DNA from: Trichomonas gallinae
Taxonomy: Eukaryota
NCBI GenBank assembly: GCA_008369845.1
Contig: MRSU01003048.1
Coordinates: 1 to 33,017, forward strand
Reading direction: 5' to 3'
Length of the DNA stretch: 33,017 nt
A program made the position numbers and the translations under genes. Positions 10,093 through 19,190 of the stretch are shown here, in pieces. Position 1 is the first letter of the stretch, and each line of letters opens with the position of its first letter. The notes under the pieces are model-generated. The model ran no database searches. It was not told the origin of the DNA and was given only the letters and a program-made list of their open reading frames with translations.

Positions 10093-11754
10093 ATGAATGA
10101 GTATCAGTTTAATGAAGAGCGCGAAATCGCTGCTGAAATTAGAGCGTACTTAGATTCCATACCAGAATTCGAGGAATGGATTCAAGAAGTTACAAATGGT
10201 ATAAATGAAACAGGTGAAATTGAAGAAGGAGTTTTTGATAAAATAGACAACTATTTGCTTGACCACAATCTTCCTTTACGCCAGAAATTCCGTGGAGTGA
10301 ATGATTACGATGAAGGCTCCGTACAATTAATGATTCTCATCTTCGAAGGAGACAATGGATGCGACGAAGAATATGATGAAGAGGAAGAAATTGTGTTAGA
10401 ATTTACGCCCGAAGAAGAAAAAAAACCAAACATGCCTGCAGTCATAGATTATTCATATTTCCAAGGAGAACAAAAGCATGCCATAAATGCTGTTAAGAAT
10501 GCCTTAAATGTAAACGAAGACACTGCTTATTTCTTACTCAAAGAAACTCAATTTAACGTAAATGAAGCACTCAATAAATATATCAATGATCGCGATAAAA
10601 TACTTAGCAAATATTGCATAAAACCAGAGCAAATACATGAGGACCTGGGCCTCCGCTATGTTGGTAAAGGTGATTGCGAAGTTTGTTGTAGTGAAAATCT
10701 CGATCTTTACGCATTACAATGTGGTCATAGCTTTTGCGAAGACTGCTGGAGAAACATGATCGCTAATGAAGTTCAAAACCACAACTCTTACATACAATGC
10801 ATGCAAGAGGGTTGCAAAGCTTGCCTACTTGAGCGTGATGTTCACGACCATGCTGATCCAGAAACGATCAAGACCTACGACAGTGATCTTGCGTCTGTTT
10901 TTGTTGATACAAATCCAGAACTTCGAAAATGTCCAGGCCTCAATTGCGATAAAATCATTACAATCAATTCTGTCAAGTACTGCCTTGTCGCAGAATGCAC
11001 ATGCGGATCTCGAGTTTGCTGGCTGTGTAATGAAACAGCTCATGATCCATGCTCGTGCGAAAATAAGGAGAAATGGGAACAAATTGCTAACGCAGACAAA
11101 ATTTCTGCTGAGTGGGTTAGTTCAAACACTAAGATCTGTCCAAAATGTAAAACACGTATAGAAAAGAATGGCGGCTGCAACCATATGACATGCTGGAAAT
11201 GCCACCATGAATTCTGCTGGATTTGCGGCCACGAATGGTCCAGCCATGGTGGAGGCTTTTATGAATGTAACCGTTATAAGCCAGAAACGGGCAAAGGCAC
11301 GAATGAGCATGTCAAAGATGATATTGATCGGCTTTCTCACTATTTCGAGCGTTTTGATAACCATATGAGATCAAGTGAGGCAGAAATTAAACAAAGACCA
11401 GAAAATCTCACGCATTTGGTTGATATGTTCACACACCATCAGACTGAGGCTGTTTCCAAAGAGGTTGCACAAGAATTTGCAAAAGATCTTTTTAAAGTCT
11501 TAGATCGCTCACGCCATATCCTTCAATGGTCATACCCGCATGCTTACTACATGAAAGCAGGCTCTCTAGAACTTAAACTATTCGAAGGAGTTCAGAAATT
11601 CTGTGAAATACACCTTGATAATCTTACAGATATGATTGAGAACGGTTCAGGATATTCTATGAAAGATGTAGACGAAGAGTCTAAAAAATTGCAAGGTTCT
11701 ATACTAACACTATTGAAGCACGTCACCAGAGCTAATTATGGAAAGCTAAATTGA
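10093..11754 (+). CDS. Ariadne-family RING-IBR-RING (RBR) E3 ubiquitin ligase
   Basis: Acidic N-terminus, RING1 (CEVC…CGHSFCEDCW…CMQEGC), IBR (CPGLNC…CTCGSRVCWLC…HDPCSC), RING2 (CPKCKTRIEKNGGCNHMTCWKCHHEFCWIC) with catalytic Cys, and Ariadne domain (HYFERFDNH, LQWSYPHAYY). Confidence 0.95.
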   Translation: MNEYQFNEEREIAAEIRAYLDSIPEFEEWIQEVTNGINETGEIEEGVFDKIDNYLLDHNLPLRQKFRGVNDYDEGSVQLMILIFEGDNGCDEEYDEEEEIVLEFTPEEEKKPNMPAVIDYSYFQGEQKHAINAVKNALNVNEDTAYFLLKETQFNVNEALNKYINDRDKILSKYCIKPEQIHEDLGLRYVGKGDCEVCCSENLDLYALQCGHSFCEDCWRNMIANEVQNHNSYIQCMQEGCKACLLERDVHDHADPETIKTYDSDLASVFVDTNPELRKCPGLNCDKIITINSVKYCLVAECTCGSRVCWLCNETAHDPCSCENKEKWEQIANADKISAEWVSSNTKICPKCKTRIEKNGGCNHMTCWKCHHEFCWICGHEWSSHGGGFYECNRYKPETGKGTNEHVKDDIDRLSHYFERFDNHMRSSEAEIKQRPENLTHLVDMFTHHQTEAVSKEVAQEFAKDLFKVLDRSRHILQWSYPHAYYMKAGSLELKLFEGVQKFCEIHLDNLTDMIENGSGYSMKDVDEESKKLQGSILTLLKHVTRANYGKLN

Positions 11755-12781
11755 TAGATTTGTGTAAATAAACATTTAATCAAATACTTATTAGAATACT
11801 TTAAAAAATGGGCAAAAAAATATTTTATACAGATTCCATCTACATAGAACACACAAGTACAAGTATAGACACATTTGAGTATGTATATCAAGCTTTGATA
11901 TCATTTTATCAAATAAAATTCGAAGTAATTTCGATAGATAACATGTATGATATAGATATAGGCAGAATATTTATGATTAAATCATTGCAATATGTAAATC
12001 ATGTTAATTGCTAAGAAATATTTTTTAAATTCATAACAACAACAATTTCAAGCAACTAAATGTTAATAAAATTGATAAGTATCCAAAACAATACTATTTA
12101 TATCAAGATTAAAGATTTGTATACAATATTGATATTGAAAAATAATAGAAATTAGTTTAACACTGTTTGTATATAACCATAATTATGTATTCACGAAAAA
12201 TATCATGCCCATCATACTAAATAATCAATATCACTATGTTTTCATTTCGATATTATATTGTTTTGAAATACCAATGATCTACATTTGAAACTTCATTCTA
12301 CCATGAATTTTGCAATAAATTCTATATATACAAAATGCTTTCATATGAAAAAATTCACAGTTTTCACGAACATTAACATTTCATACAAAACATCAATCTA
12401 ATTAGAATAATGCATGTATGAATACATTGTCAATGGGCCAGTTCATCTTGATCAATAATGAATCTTGATATTTTTTTTTTATTCGATTAATTCCATTGAA
12501 ACATCTTCTACAAAGAGACGATCGTTTCCATCATAGTCTTGTTGCCCAAAAAGCAACAGGCAGATATTTGTATTGTTAAATTTAACCTCAATGTAAGCCA
12601 TTGAATTATAGAACATCACAAACAATAAATATTCTTCAATATTTTGAATACATGCAACGATCAGATCAATGACACACAACTGTTAGACATGCTGTGTTAA
12701 AAACAAGTCATATTTTTTTGTGTGAATAATTAGCTCACAATTATCGACCTTTCAATGTTAATGACATTTTGATTTTTCAGT

Positions 12782-12787
12782 TCATTT
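12782..12787 (+). promoter_or_regulatory. Trichomonad initiator (Inr) element TCATTT
   Basis: TCATTT starts 13 bp before the pyruvate kinase ATG and matches the Trichomonas TCA(T/C)(T/A) Inr consensus. Confidence 0.65.
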
Positions 12788-12794
12788 TTTTATA

Positions 12795-14252
12795 ATGTTC
12801 CCAGCACCAAAGAGAACAAAGATTGTAGCAACAGTCGGACCAGCTAGTGATAGCATAGAAGTCCTCGAAGGACTTGCTAGAGCAGGTGTCAACGTTTTCA
12901 GATTAAACTTTTCCCATGGAACTCACGAATACCATAAAGCAACACTCGACAAGATCAGAGAGGTTGAGAAGAAGGTAGGCTTCAAGATTGGTGTTATTCA
13001 GGACGTATGCGGTCCGAAGATCAGATGCGGAAAGCTCGAGTACCCGTTTGAGCTCAAAGCAGGCGACAAATTAAGAGTCGTAAAGTTTGATATCGTCGGA
13101 AGAAAGACAGGCGATCACTCATACGAAATCACCATCAATCATCCAAGCATTTTCTCATTAATGCAAGTCGGCGAGTACATCTTCTTATATGATGGAACAA
13201 TCAGAGCCAGAGTTGTCGATATCAAGCCAGATTGCATCGATGCTGTCATCGAAAACGATGGAACACTCAACTCAAACAAAGGCGTCAACTTTCCGAACAC
13301 GAAATTAAACATCGATGTCATCACGGAGAAAGATAAGATTGATATTGAATGGGGTGCCAAGAATGATGTTGATTTCGTTGCAATCAGTTTCGTGCAGACG
13401 GCCAAGGATGTCGAAAACGCCAAAGAAATCATAAAAGGATTTGGTGGACACGGAAAAGTTATCTCTAAGATCGAAAAGTTCGATGCCATTGAAAATATCG
13501 ACGAAATCATCTCTGCAAGTGACGGAATCATGGTCGCAAGAGGTGACTTAGGCATTGAAATCCCATACTATGAAGTTCCATCTGCCCAAAAGACAATGAT
13601 CCGCAAGGCAAATGAGATGAACAAGCCGGTAATTACTGCAACTCAGATGATGCTTTCGATGGCAAAGAACGAAAACGCAACACGTGCAGAGATCAGTGAT
13701 GTCGCGAACGCAGTTCTCGATGGTACAGATGCTGTTATGCTCAGTGAAGAAAGCGCAGTTGGCATTCACCCAGTTGCTGTCGTCGAAGCAATGACAAAGA
13801 CAATCGCTATGACAGAGAGAATTTATCCATACGGAAAATACGACTGTTACAGATTCGATGATGAGACAGAGATGGTCACAAGCTCAACAGCAAGACTAGC
13901 ACATCGTATTGGCGCTAAAGCAATCATCTCAATAACAAGCTCAGGCCAGTCCGCCCTCAAGATCGCACGAAACAGACCAGAAATGGATGTTTTGGCTGTT
14001 GTCCACAATGAAACTACCGCACGCATGCTCACACTCTGCTGGGGTGTTACACCCGTCTTGTGCATCAAGCCTGATAAGCTCAATCTCATGCTTGGAGCTG
14101 CCATCAAAGGACTCGTCGCGAAGAAAGTCATCGATGACAACAATAAGTATATAGTCACAGCTGGTTATCCAGCTGGCGTTGAAGGCAACACTAACTACAT
14201 TAGAATTCTTAAGAAGGACCAAATTGACTACTATTTGAACCAGGCAGACTGA
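12795..14252 (+). CDS. pyk: Pyruvate kinase, bacterial (Campylobacterota-like) type
   Basis: TKIVATVGPAS, FRLNFSHG, GPKIR, SKIE, DGIMVARGDLGIE, KPVITATQM, TRAEISDVANAVLDGTDAVMLSEESAVG. Confidence 0.97.
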   Translation: MFPAPKRTKIVATVGPASDSIEVLEGLARAGVNVFRLNFSHGTHEYHKATLDKIREVEKKVGFKIGVIQDVCGPKIRCGKLEYPFELKAGDKLRVVKFDIVGRKTGDHSYEITINHPSIFSLMQVGEYIFLYDGTIRARVVDIKPDCIDAVIENDGTLNSNKGVNFPNTKLNIDVITEKDKIDIEWGAKNDVDFVAISFVQTAKDVENAKEIIKGFGGHGKVISKIEKFDAIENIDEIISASDGIMVARGDLGIEIPYYEVPSAQKTMIRKANEMNKPVITATQMMLSMAKNENATRAEISDVANAVLDGTDAVMLSEESAVGIHPVAVVEAMTKTIAMTERIYPYGKYDCYRFDDETEMVTSSTARLAHRIGAKAIISITSSGQSALKIARNRPEMDVLAVVHNETTARMLTLCWGVTPVLCIKPDKLNLMLGAAIKGLVAKKVIDDNNKYIVTAGYPAGVEGNTNYIRILKKDQIDYYLNQAD

Positions 14253-14504
14253 AATCATGAAAATAAATGTGATTTTTTTTTTAAAAAAATCGATTTTTCA
14301 CTCATCATTTATTAAATCATTGGTTAATTCAGTCAAATATTGATTATTATAAAAATTTTAAATTTTGTTATTTTCCAAGCAATTAAACGATAATTCGATG
14401 AAGAAATGTATCGCCAAGTCCTATATATGAATTATAAATAATAGAAATCGAACGAAAAGCAATAATTAAATTATCTTAGAAAACAATATTTATAACAATA
14501 TCAA

Positions 14505-15191
14505 TTAGTATGATAAAATATTAGCAAATGAGTAGATATGTGGGAGGACCTTTTCCATGTGGTGATCTAAGTAAACAAATCCAAAGCCCATAAATAAAAC
14601 GATAGTACACATGACAGTTATCATTCCTGCAACTAATGGGATTCCATATGTTTCATAATCTAAGAAGAAATATGGATATTTGTTGCCTACGCCTAAATCG
14701 AATGAACCGCCGAGCCAGATTCTTGTGTAAGCAAATGGTGCGTATAATAAGCAAGAGAAGACCCAAATGAATGAATCAGTGTAAACGAAATTGCCTTTTG
14801 TATCGAATAATAAATAATCAATAATAAATGCCCAAGGAGTGATATAGTGAACGAACATGTTGGAAATATCAGTAAACATCGGTGGAACATCCTTGATTCC
14901 GGCAACTTTGAACTGTGGGGCCAAAACGAATGTGAATACGAAATGCGTGATGTAGATCATCATGAGGAAAGAGCCCTTGAACTTGAAGTATAGCTTAGAC
15001 TTCAAGCTGTAGCCTTTCATTATCAATATTGCGCAAATCAATGACATAAATGCGCAACATAAGTTGGAAATTAAAGTGAAGTAGCATAAAAGAATGATTG
15101 GATTGTCTAAGAAACTGATGTGCTTGATAACACCAAAGACTCCACCAACGAAGATCGAAAGTTTAAGGAGAACAGAGAGCTCCTTGTACAT
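14505..15191 (-). CDS. Multi-pass membrane protein, Pr6Pr / FAR-17a-AIG1-like family
   Basis: About 6 hydrophobic segments; motifs YFTLISN, VHYITP…IIDYLLFDTKG, W…Y and YPYFFLD resemble bacterial Pr6Pr/AIG1-like proteins. First ATG is at 15191. Confidence 0.75.
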   Translation of the reverse strand: MYKELSVLLKLSIFVGGVFGVIKHISFLDNPIILLCYFTLISNLCCAFMSLICAILIMKGYSLKSKLYFKFKGSFLMMIYITHFVFTFVLAPQFKVAGIKDVPPMFTDISNMFVHYITPWAFIIDYLLFDTKGNFVYTDSFIWVFSCLLYAPFAYTRIWLGGSFDLGVGNKYPYFFLDYETYGIPLVAGMITVMCTIVLFMGFGFVYLDHHMEKVLPHIYSFANILSY

Positions 15192-16681
15192 ATAAAAACA
15201 ATAGTAATTCTTTCCTCTCAAATTTCAAAGCATTAATCGCAAAAATTTGTAAATTATATATTCCTTTATGTCAATCAAAATCACATCAATTTTGTGAATT
15301 TTTAATTGATCGTAAATTTTTCCAAAATTTAGGTAATAATAAATAGGAAACATTATTTTAAAGAATATTTAACTATTGAAAATTTTTTAAAAATAATTTT
15401 GGGTTGTTTTAATTATAAATATATTATTTATCATATTATTTCCAATACGTTTCATTTTCCACTTTTGAGAATCGAAGTTGATAAAAAATTTGAAATGATC
15501 TAAATATATAGCTAATAAATATTATACCAAAATTTATTTTATTTTAGAAATGACGTTAAAAACATATTGATTATAGAAATAAAGCTTTAAATGAGCTCGA
15601 TTAGTTTACTTTTTCATATCTTTCCTTTGAATGTAAAATAATCGACTCAATTTAATAATTTATGAGCGTTACATTGAATTCTTTTAGTTTAATTTCAATG
15701 CTAGTTAAGCCTTGGCCCTAAATGACGAATAGCGTTTTTATTGCATTTATACAACTCGCAATGACAATTCAGCTGTTTTATCCGTTGTTTCACATCGATT
15801 GCTCATAAATTTTAACGATGGATAATAAAATAAATCTTAACGATTATTTTCGATTCAATTTGGCAGACAAAAAGAAAGACTTTTTAACGCTAATTTAGAT
15901 GTTTAAGGGGATATATGATAGAACCTTATTTTATGATAAAGTATTACACCCGTAGTATCATAGGTCTTTGAATTTCAAGCTTGAAAATACAGTCTATTAT
16001 CGATGGTGGAGCTTATAAACGAACAAAAACTGGTTTTGTTGTTTGGATAAATTTACGTGTCAGACATATTTTTATTGAGTCAAGGGTTCGATCATAATCA
16101 ATCAACACGCGGTTCATTTGCAATTCAACTGATAACAGGCTGTAGCAGGAGTTTACATTCTTTAAATTCCAAAATAAGTAGTTTTTTATCAATGTCAATG
16201 TTATTTCCCTTCTAAAACTTCAGTTTGTTTAAAAATTCAAGATTTTTTTTGCAATAAACTATATGAAAGCAATCCAATTTTGTGTTCCTAATCATCAATG
16301 CAGAACCGGAAAATTTTCCGATTTGCTATCTCCTTTTTAAAGCTATTTTGTTCTAACTACAACAATGTAACATGCATGTATTATAAAACAATTCGAGTTT
16401 CCCTTCGATGAAACAATTTTTCATACCGAAAAATTAAAATTAGGAGAAATGTTATAAATAAATTAAAATTAGATTCTAATTCATCTATCAGAACAGTTGC
16501 CACCTTGGTTATTGATTTTTAAAGTTAATATATTTTCCAAATTTAATAAATCAATAACCAACGTCTTAGATTGCTATAATAAGCTTATAATGACAATAGT
16601 GTAGTTAATACTAACTCTATAACAAATATTTTACAATTTTTTTGAACAAAATAAAAAATAATTTTTGAAGAGCTTAATCTA

Positions 16682-17947
16682 TTAAACTAATCTAATAAAC
16701 TGTTTGTGTTCCATATTATCTCGGTTTAAAAACAGCTGCTTGACATCAAATATATGATATCCGGACATATCAGGGTAATCTCCTCTCTTCTGGGCTTCAA
16801 TTAGTTTATCAACAGAGTTTAAAACCTTGTCGATGTACATTGGTCCTTTTCCATCATAATGTGAAATATTTTTGTGTTGAATTCCAATACAATACATTCC
16901 GAGCTTGCAGCACAATGCGTTGTTAGGTAGATCAACTAAATGACCGTATAAAACAACGAAAGCACTTCTTTCTTTCATGAATAATGAATTATAAACAATT
17001 GATCCACAACTACTGACTAAGAATTTAATGGAAGCGAATTCTTTCGCTCTATCTATAAAATTCCTGTGCAGGTCAAACATTTGCCAGTTGATATCTGGAT
17101 ATTTCGCAGATAATTGTGATTTCAATTCATCAAAATTCGTGAAATGTCGGTGTTCATTCGGTTTTCTGTTGAGCAAACAGTAGTTAATTGGTTGAATTTC
17201 ATTCAATTTGAGTGTTTCTCTAAATAATTTGCGCATTAAAGGCAATGAAAAACCAGTAAATTCGTGAGCTTCATTATCAGGTATCACACAATACAATCTA
17301 TCACATCTAACAAATTGATTATGATGCAAACGATGTGGATAAGGCTTAAGGTTACTAAGGCCAAGAGCATTTAAGTGTTCAATCAATGGGCCATCTTCCC
17401 AATCATGGAAAATAATAGGATTTTGGTCTAAAATCTCTTTTGGATAAGCTAAAATTGAAGCAAGTGTATCATGTAGATTATGGCCAAAAGTATTCCAGAA
17501 TTTGTTGGCTGTAATAGCAAGATGAATGTTATTAACGACTTTAAATGTCATATTAAATGAAGGGCCTCTGTAAAAATTAAATCCTTGTGTTTCGATTGCA
17601 ATTCTATCCCCGCGAACGAAAGCATCAGTAAAATTGTACAATCTAAATGATGTAGTACATATACACCTTTCGGGGTATGGCACTATATCGTGTCTTTTGT
17701 TCTCTTCGAAAATTATATACGTATTTGTGTACTTATTTGAATAGTTCATTAGGATTTTTATTTTTGTATATTCATCGTAATACCTACGCGTGATTTGCTG
17801 GAATTCTAACGTGTATTCATTTTTAAATATTTTTACTCCTGGGATATATACAAAGATATCTTCAGGTATCGATAGATATAGGAATATAAGAATAAAAACA
17901 GCGTAGTAGAGAAGCTCTGTATAATTGCGAATTCTGTAAAATATCAT
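16682..17947 (-). CDS. Type II membrane glycosyltransferase-like protein (GT61/DUF563-like)
   Basis: Single N-terminal TM (LLYYAVFILIFLYLSI), FGHNLHD motif, NR…RHFTNFDEL and VSSCGSIVYNSLFM, matching the GT61 'HGAglxN.lf' region. First in-frame ATG is at 17947; the true start is uncertain. Confidence 0.7.
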   Translation of the reverse strand: MIFYRIRNYTELLYYAVFILIFLYLSIPEDIFVYIPGVKIFKNEYTLEFQQITRRYYDEYTKIKILMNYSNKYTNTYIIFEENKRHDIVPYPERCICTTSFRLYNFTDAFVRGDRIAIETQGFNFYRGPSFNMTFKVVNNIHLAITANKFWNTFGHNLHDTLASILAYPKEILDQNPIIFHDWEDGPLIEHLNALGLSNLKPYPHRLHHNQFVRCDRLYCVIPDNEAHEFTGFSLPLMRKLFRETLKLNEIQPINYCLLNRKPNEHRHFTNFDELKSQLSAKYPDINWQMFDLHRNFIDRAKEFASIKFLVSSCGSIVYNSLFMKERSAFVVLYGHLVDLPNNALCCKLGMYCIGIQHKNISHYDGKGPMYIDKVLNSVDKLIEAQKRGDYPDMSGYHIFDVKQLFLNRDNMEHKQFIRLV

Positions 17948-19171
17948 TTTTAAAATGCCTGAATTATTTACGGGCGTGAAAGCATCATTATCATCTGTTT
18001 TCAATCGATAATAATCGTCTTTACATGATCATCATTTTTTTTTTTTCATAATCGTTTTAGACCAACACTTGTCTGAAAATTATATAGACTGTAGTGCGGA
18101 AAACAGTAGTCTTATTAATAACTGAGTGAACCATATTGGATTTGACATGTAAACGCTTTTTTTTATATATTTTTCATCTCAAAGTAACAGTTCATATATA
18201 TTATCGCTTAGACAGTAGACAGATACGTGTATATTATATCATCTATTTTATCGAAATAGCTAGGGAAATGGAGTCGAAATATTTTTTTTATTCATATAAT
18301 TTAATTCACAATAGAAAATGACATTAATTAGTATGCATATGCTTTGTCCTAGACCAATATGCGAGATATAATTAATTATTTTTAATGAATATTTACTTAA
18401 AAAAGATTTTTTCATATTAATTTTATTTGTTTCTGATATTATTACATTGGGATATAATTATTAATGATCTAGTACAAAAGAGATACTCGGTGTAATACTA
18501 TAATATCAAAAATTTGATAAATCGAAATATGAATAAAGAAAAAGATGAAAAATGAATGAGAAGATATATGAAACATAAGATACAAGGGACCATCTTTCCA
18601 ATGCTGTCAATTGAAGATTCGTATTTATTTGGAAGATTTAAAACAATGACGAAATATCACGAATTTCTGAGAGAGATTAAAACCTCTAGAACTGGGTTAA
18701 AAATGAAAGTTTTTGAATTAATGACCCATAGTCATAACCACTGATTTTACGAAAAGTTGAGCAAAAACTCATTCAAAATTATTTATTGAAAATAATACGA
18801 ACATTTCGGAATTATAAATTAAACACATCTAACATTTGCCCATGCCTGTACAACATAATCATCACCTGTCAAAACGAACAAAAAGTTCAATTTTTTGCCA
18901 TACGATTATTTTCAACTCAAATCAAAGCCAATTTAAAATGAAAATAATCATGCATCAATTAGTATCAGTTTTTGAGCATTTTAGAACGCTATCACGCCCG
19001 TAATAACCTCCAAATTTAAAATTTTGTCAGACGATTATTTTAAATTGAAATTTTAATTCATTCAAAACGAAATGATATATAATGTTTTTGTGCATCAACG
19101 AGGTTAATTTTCATTCGTTTACTATTACAATTTTTGTGAGCATAAAAAAACAGTTTTTTTCCCTATAGACA

Positions 19172-19179
19172 AAAGTGAC
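19172..19179 (+). promoter_or_regulatory. AAAGTGAC motif (Trichomonas M2-like promoter element)
   Basis: Lies just upstream of the PL11 ATG. The same octamer occurs in other upstream intergenic regions (9929 rc, 24394, 27797 rc, 29165, 29833, 30041, 30064). Confidence 0.6.
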
Positions 19180-19190
19180 ATTATTTTTCA

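Noticed and set aside
11808..12679. Short ORFs (68 and 66 aa) between Ariadne and pyruvate kinase
   Set aside because: AT-rich with frequent stops and no recognisable motif; could be a decayed gene but cannot be supported without a search.
13139..14258. Antisense ORFs overlapping pyruvate kinase
   Set aside because: Mirror frames of a codon-biased gene.
15700..16600. Possible decayed coding sequence (e.g. SIIDGGAYK fragment on the plus strand)
   Set aside because: Only short interrupted frames; no family can be assigned by eye.
18136..18744. 61- and 62-aa ORFs between the GT61-like and PL11 genes
   Set aside because: Lengths are consistent with chance in AT-rich DNA; no motifs.
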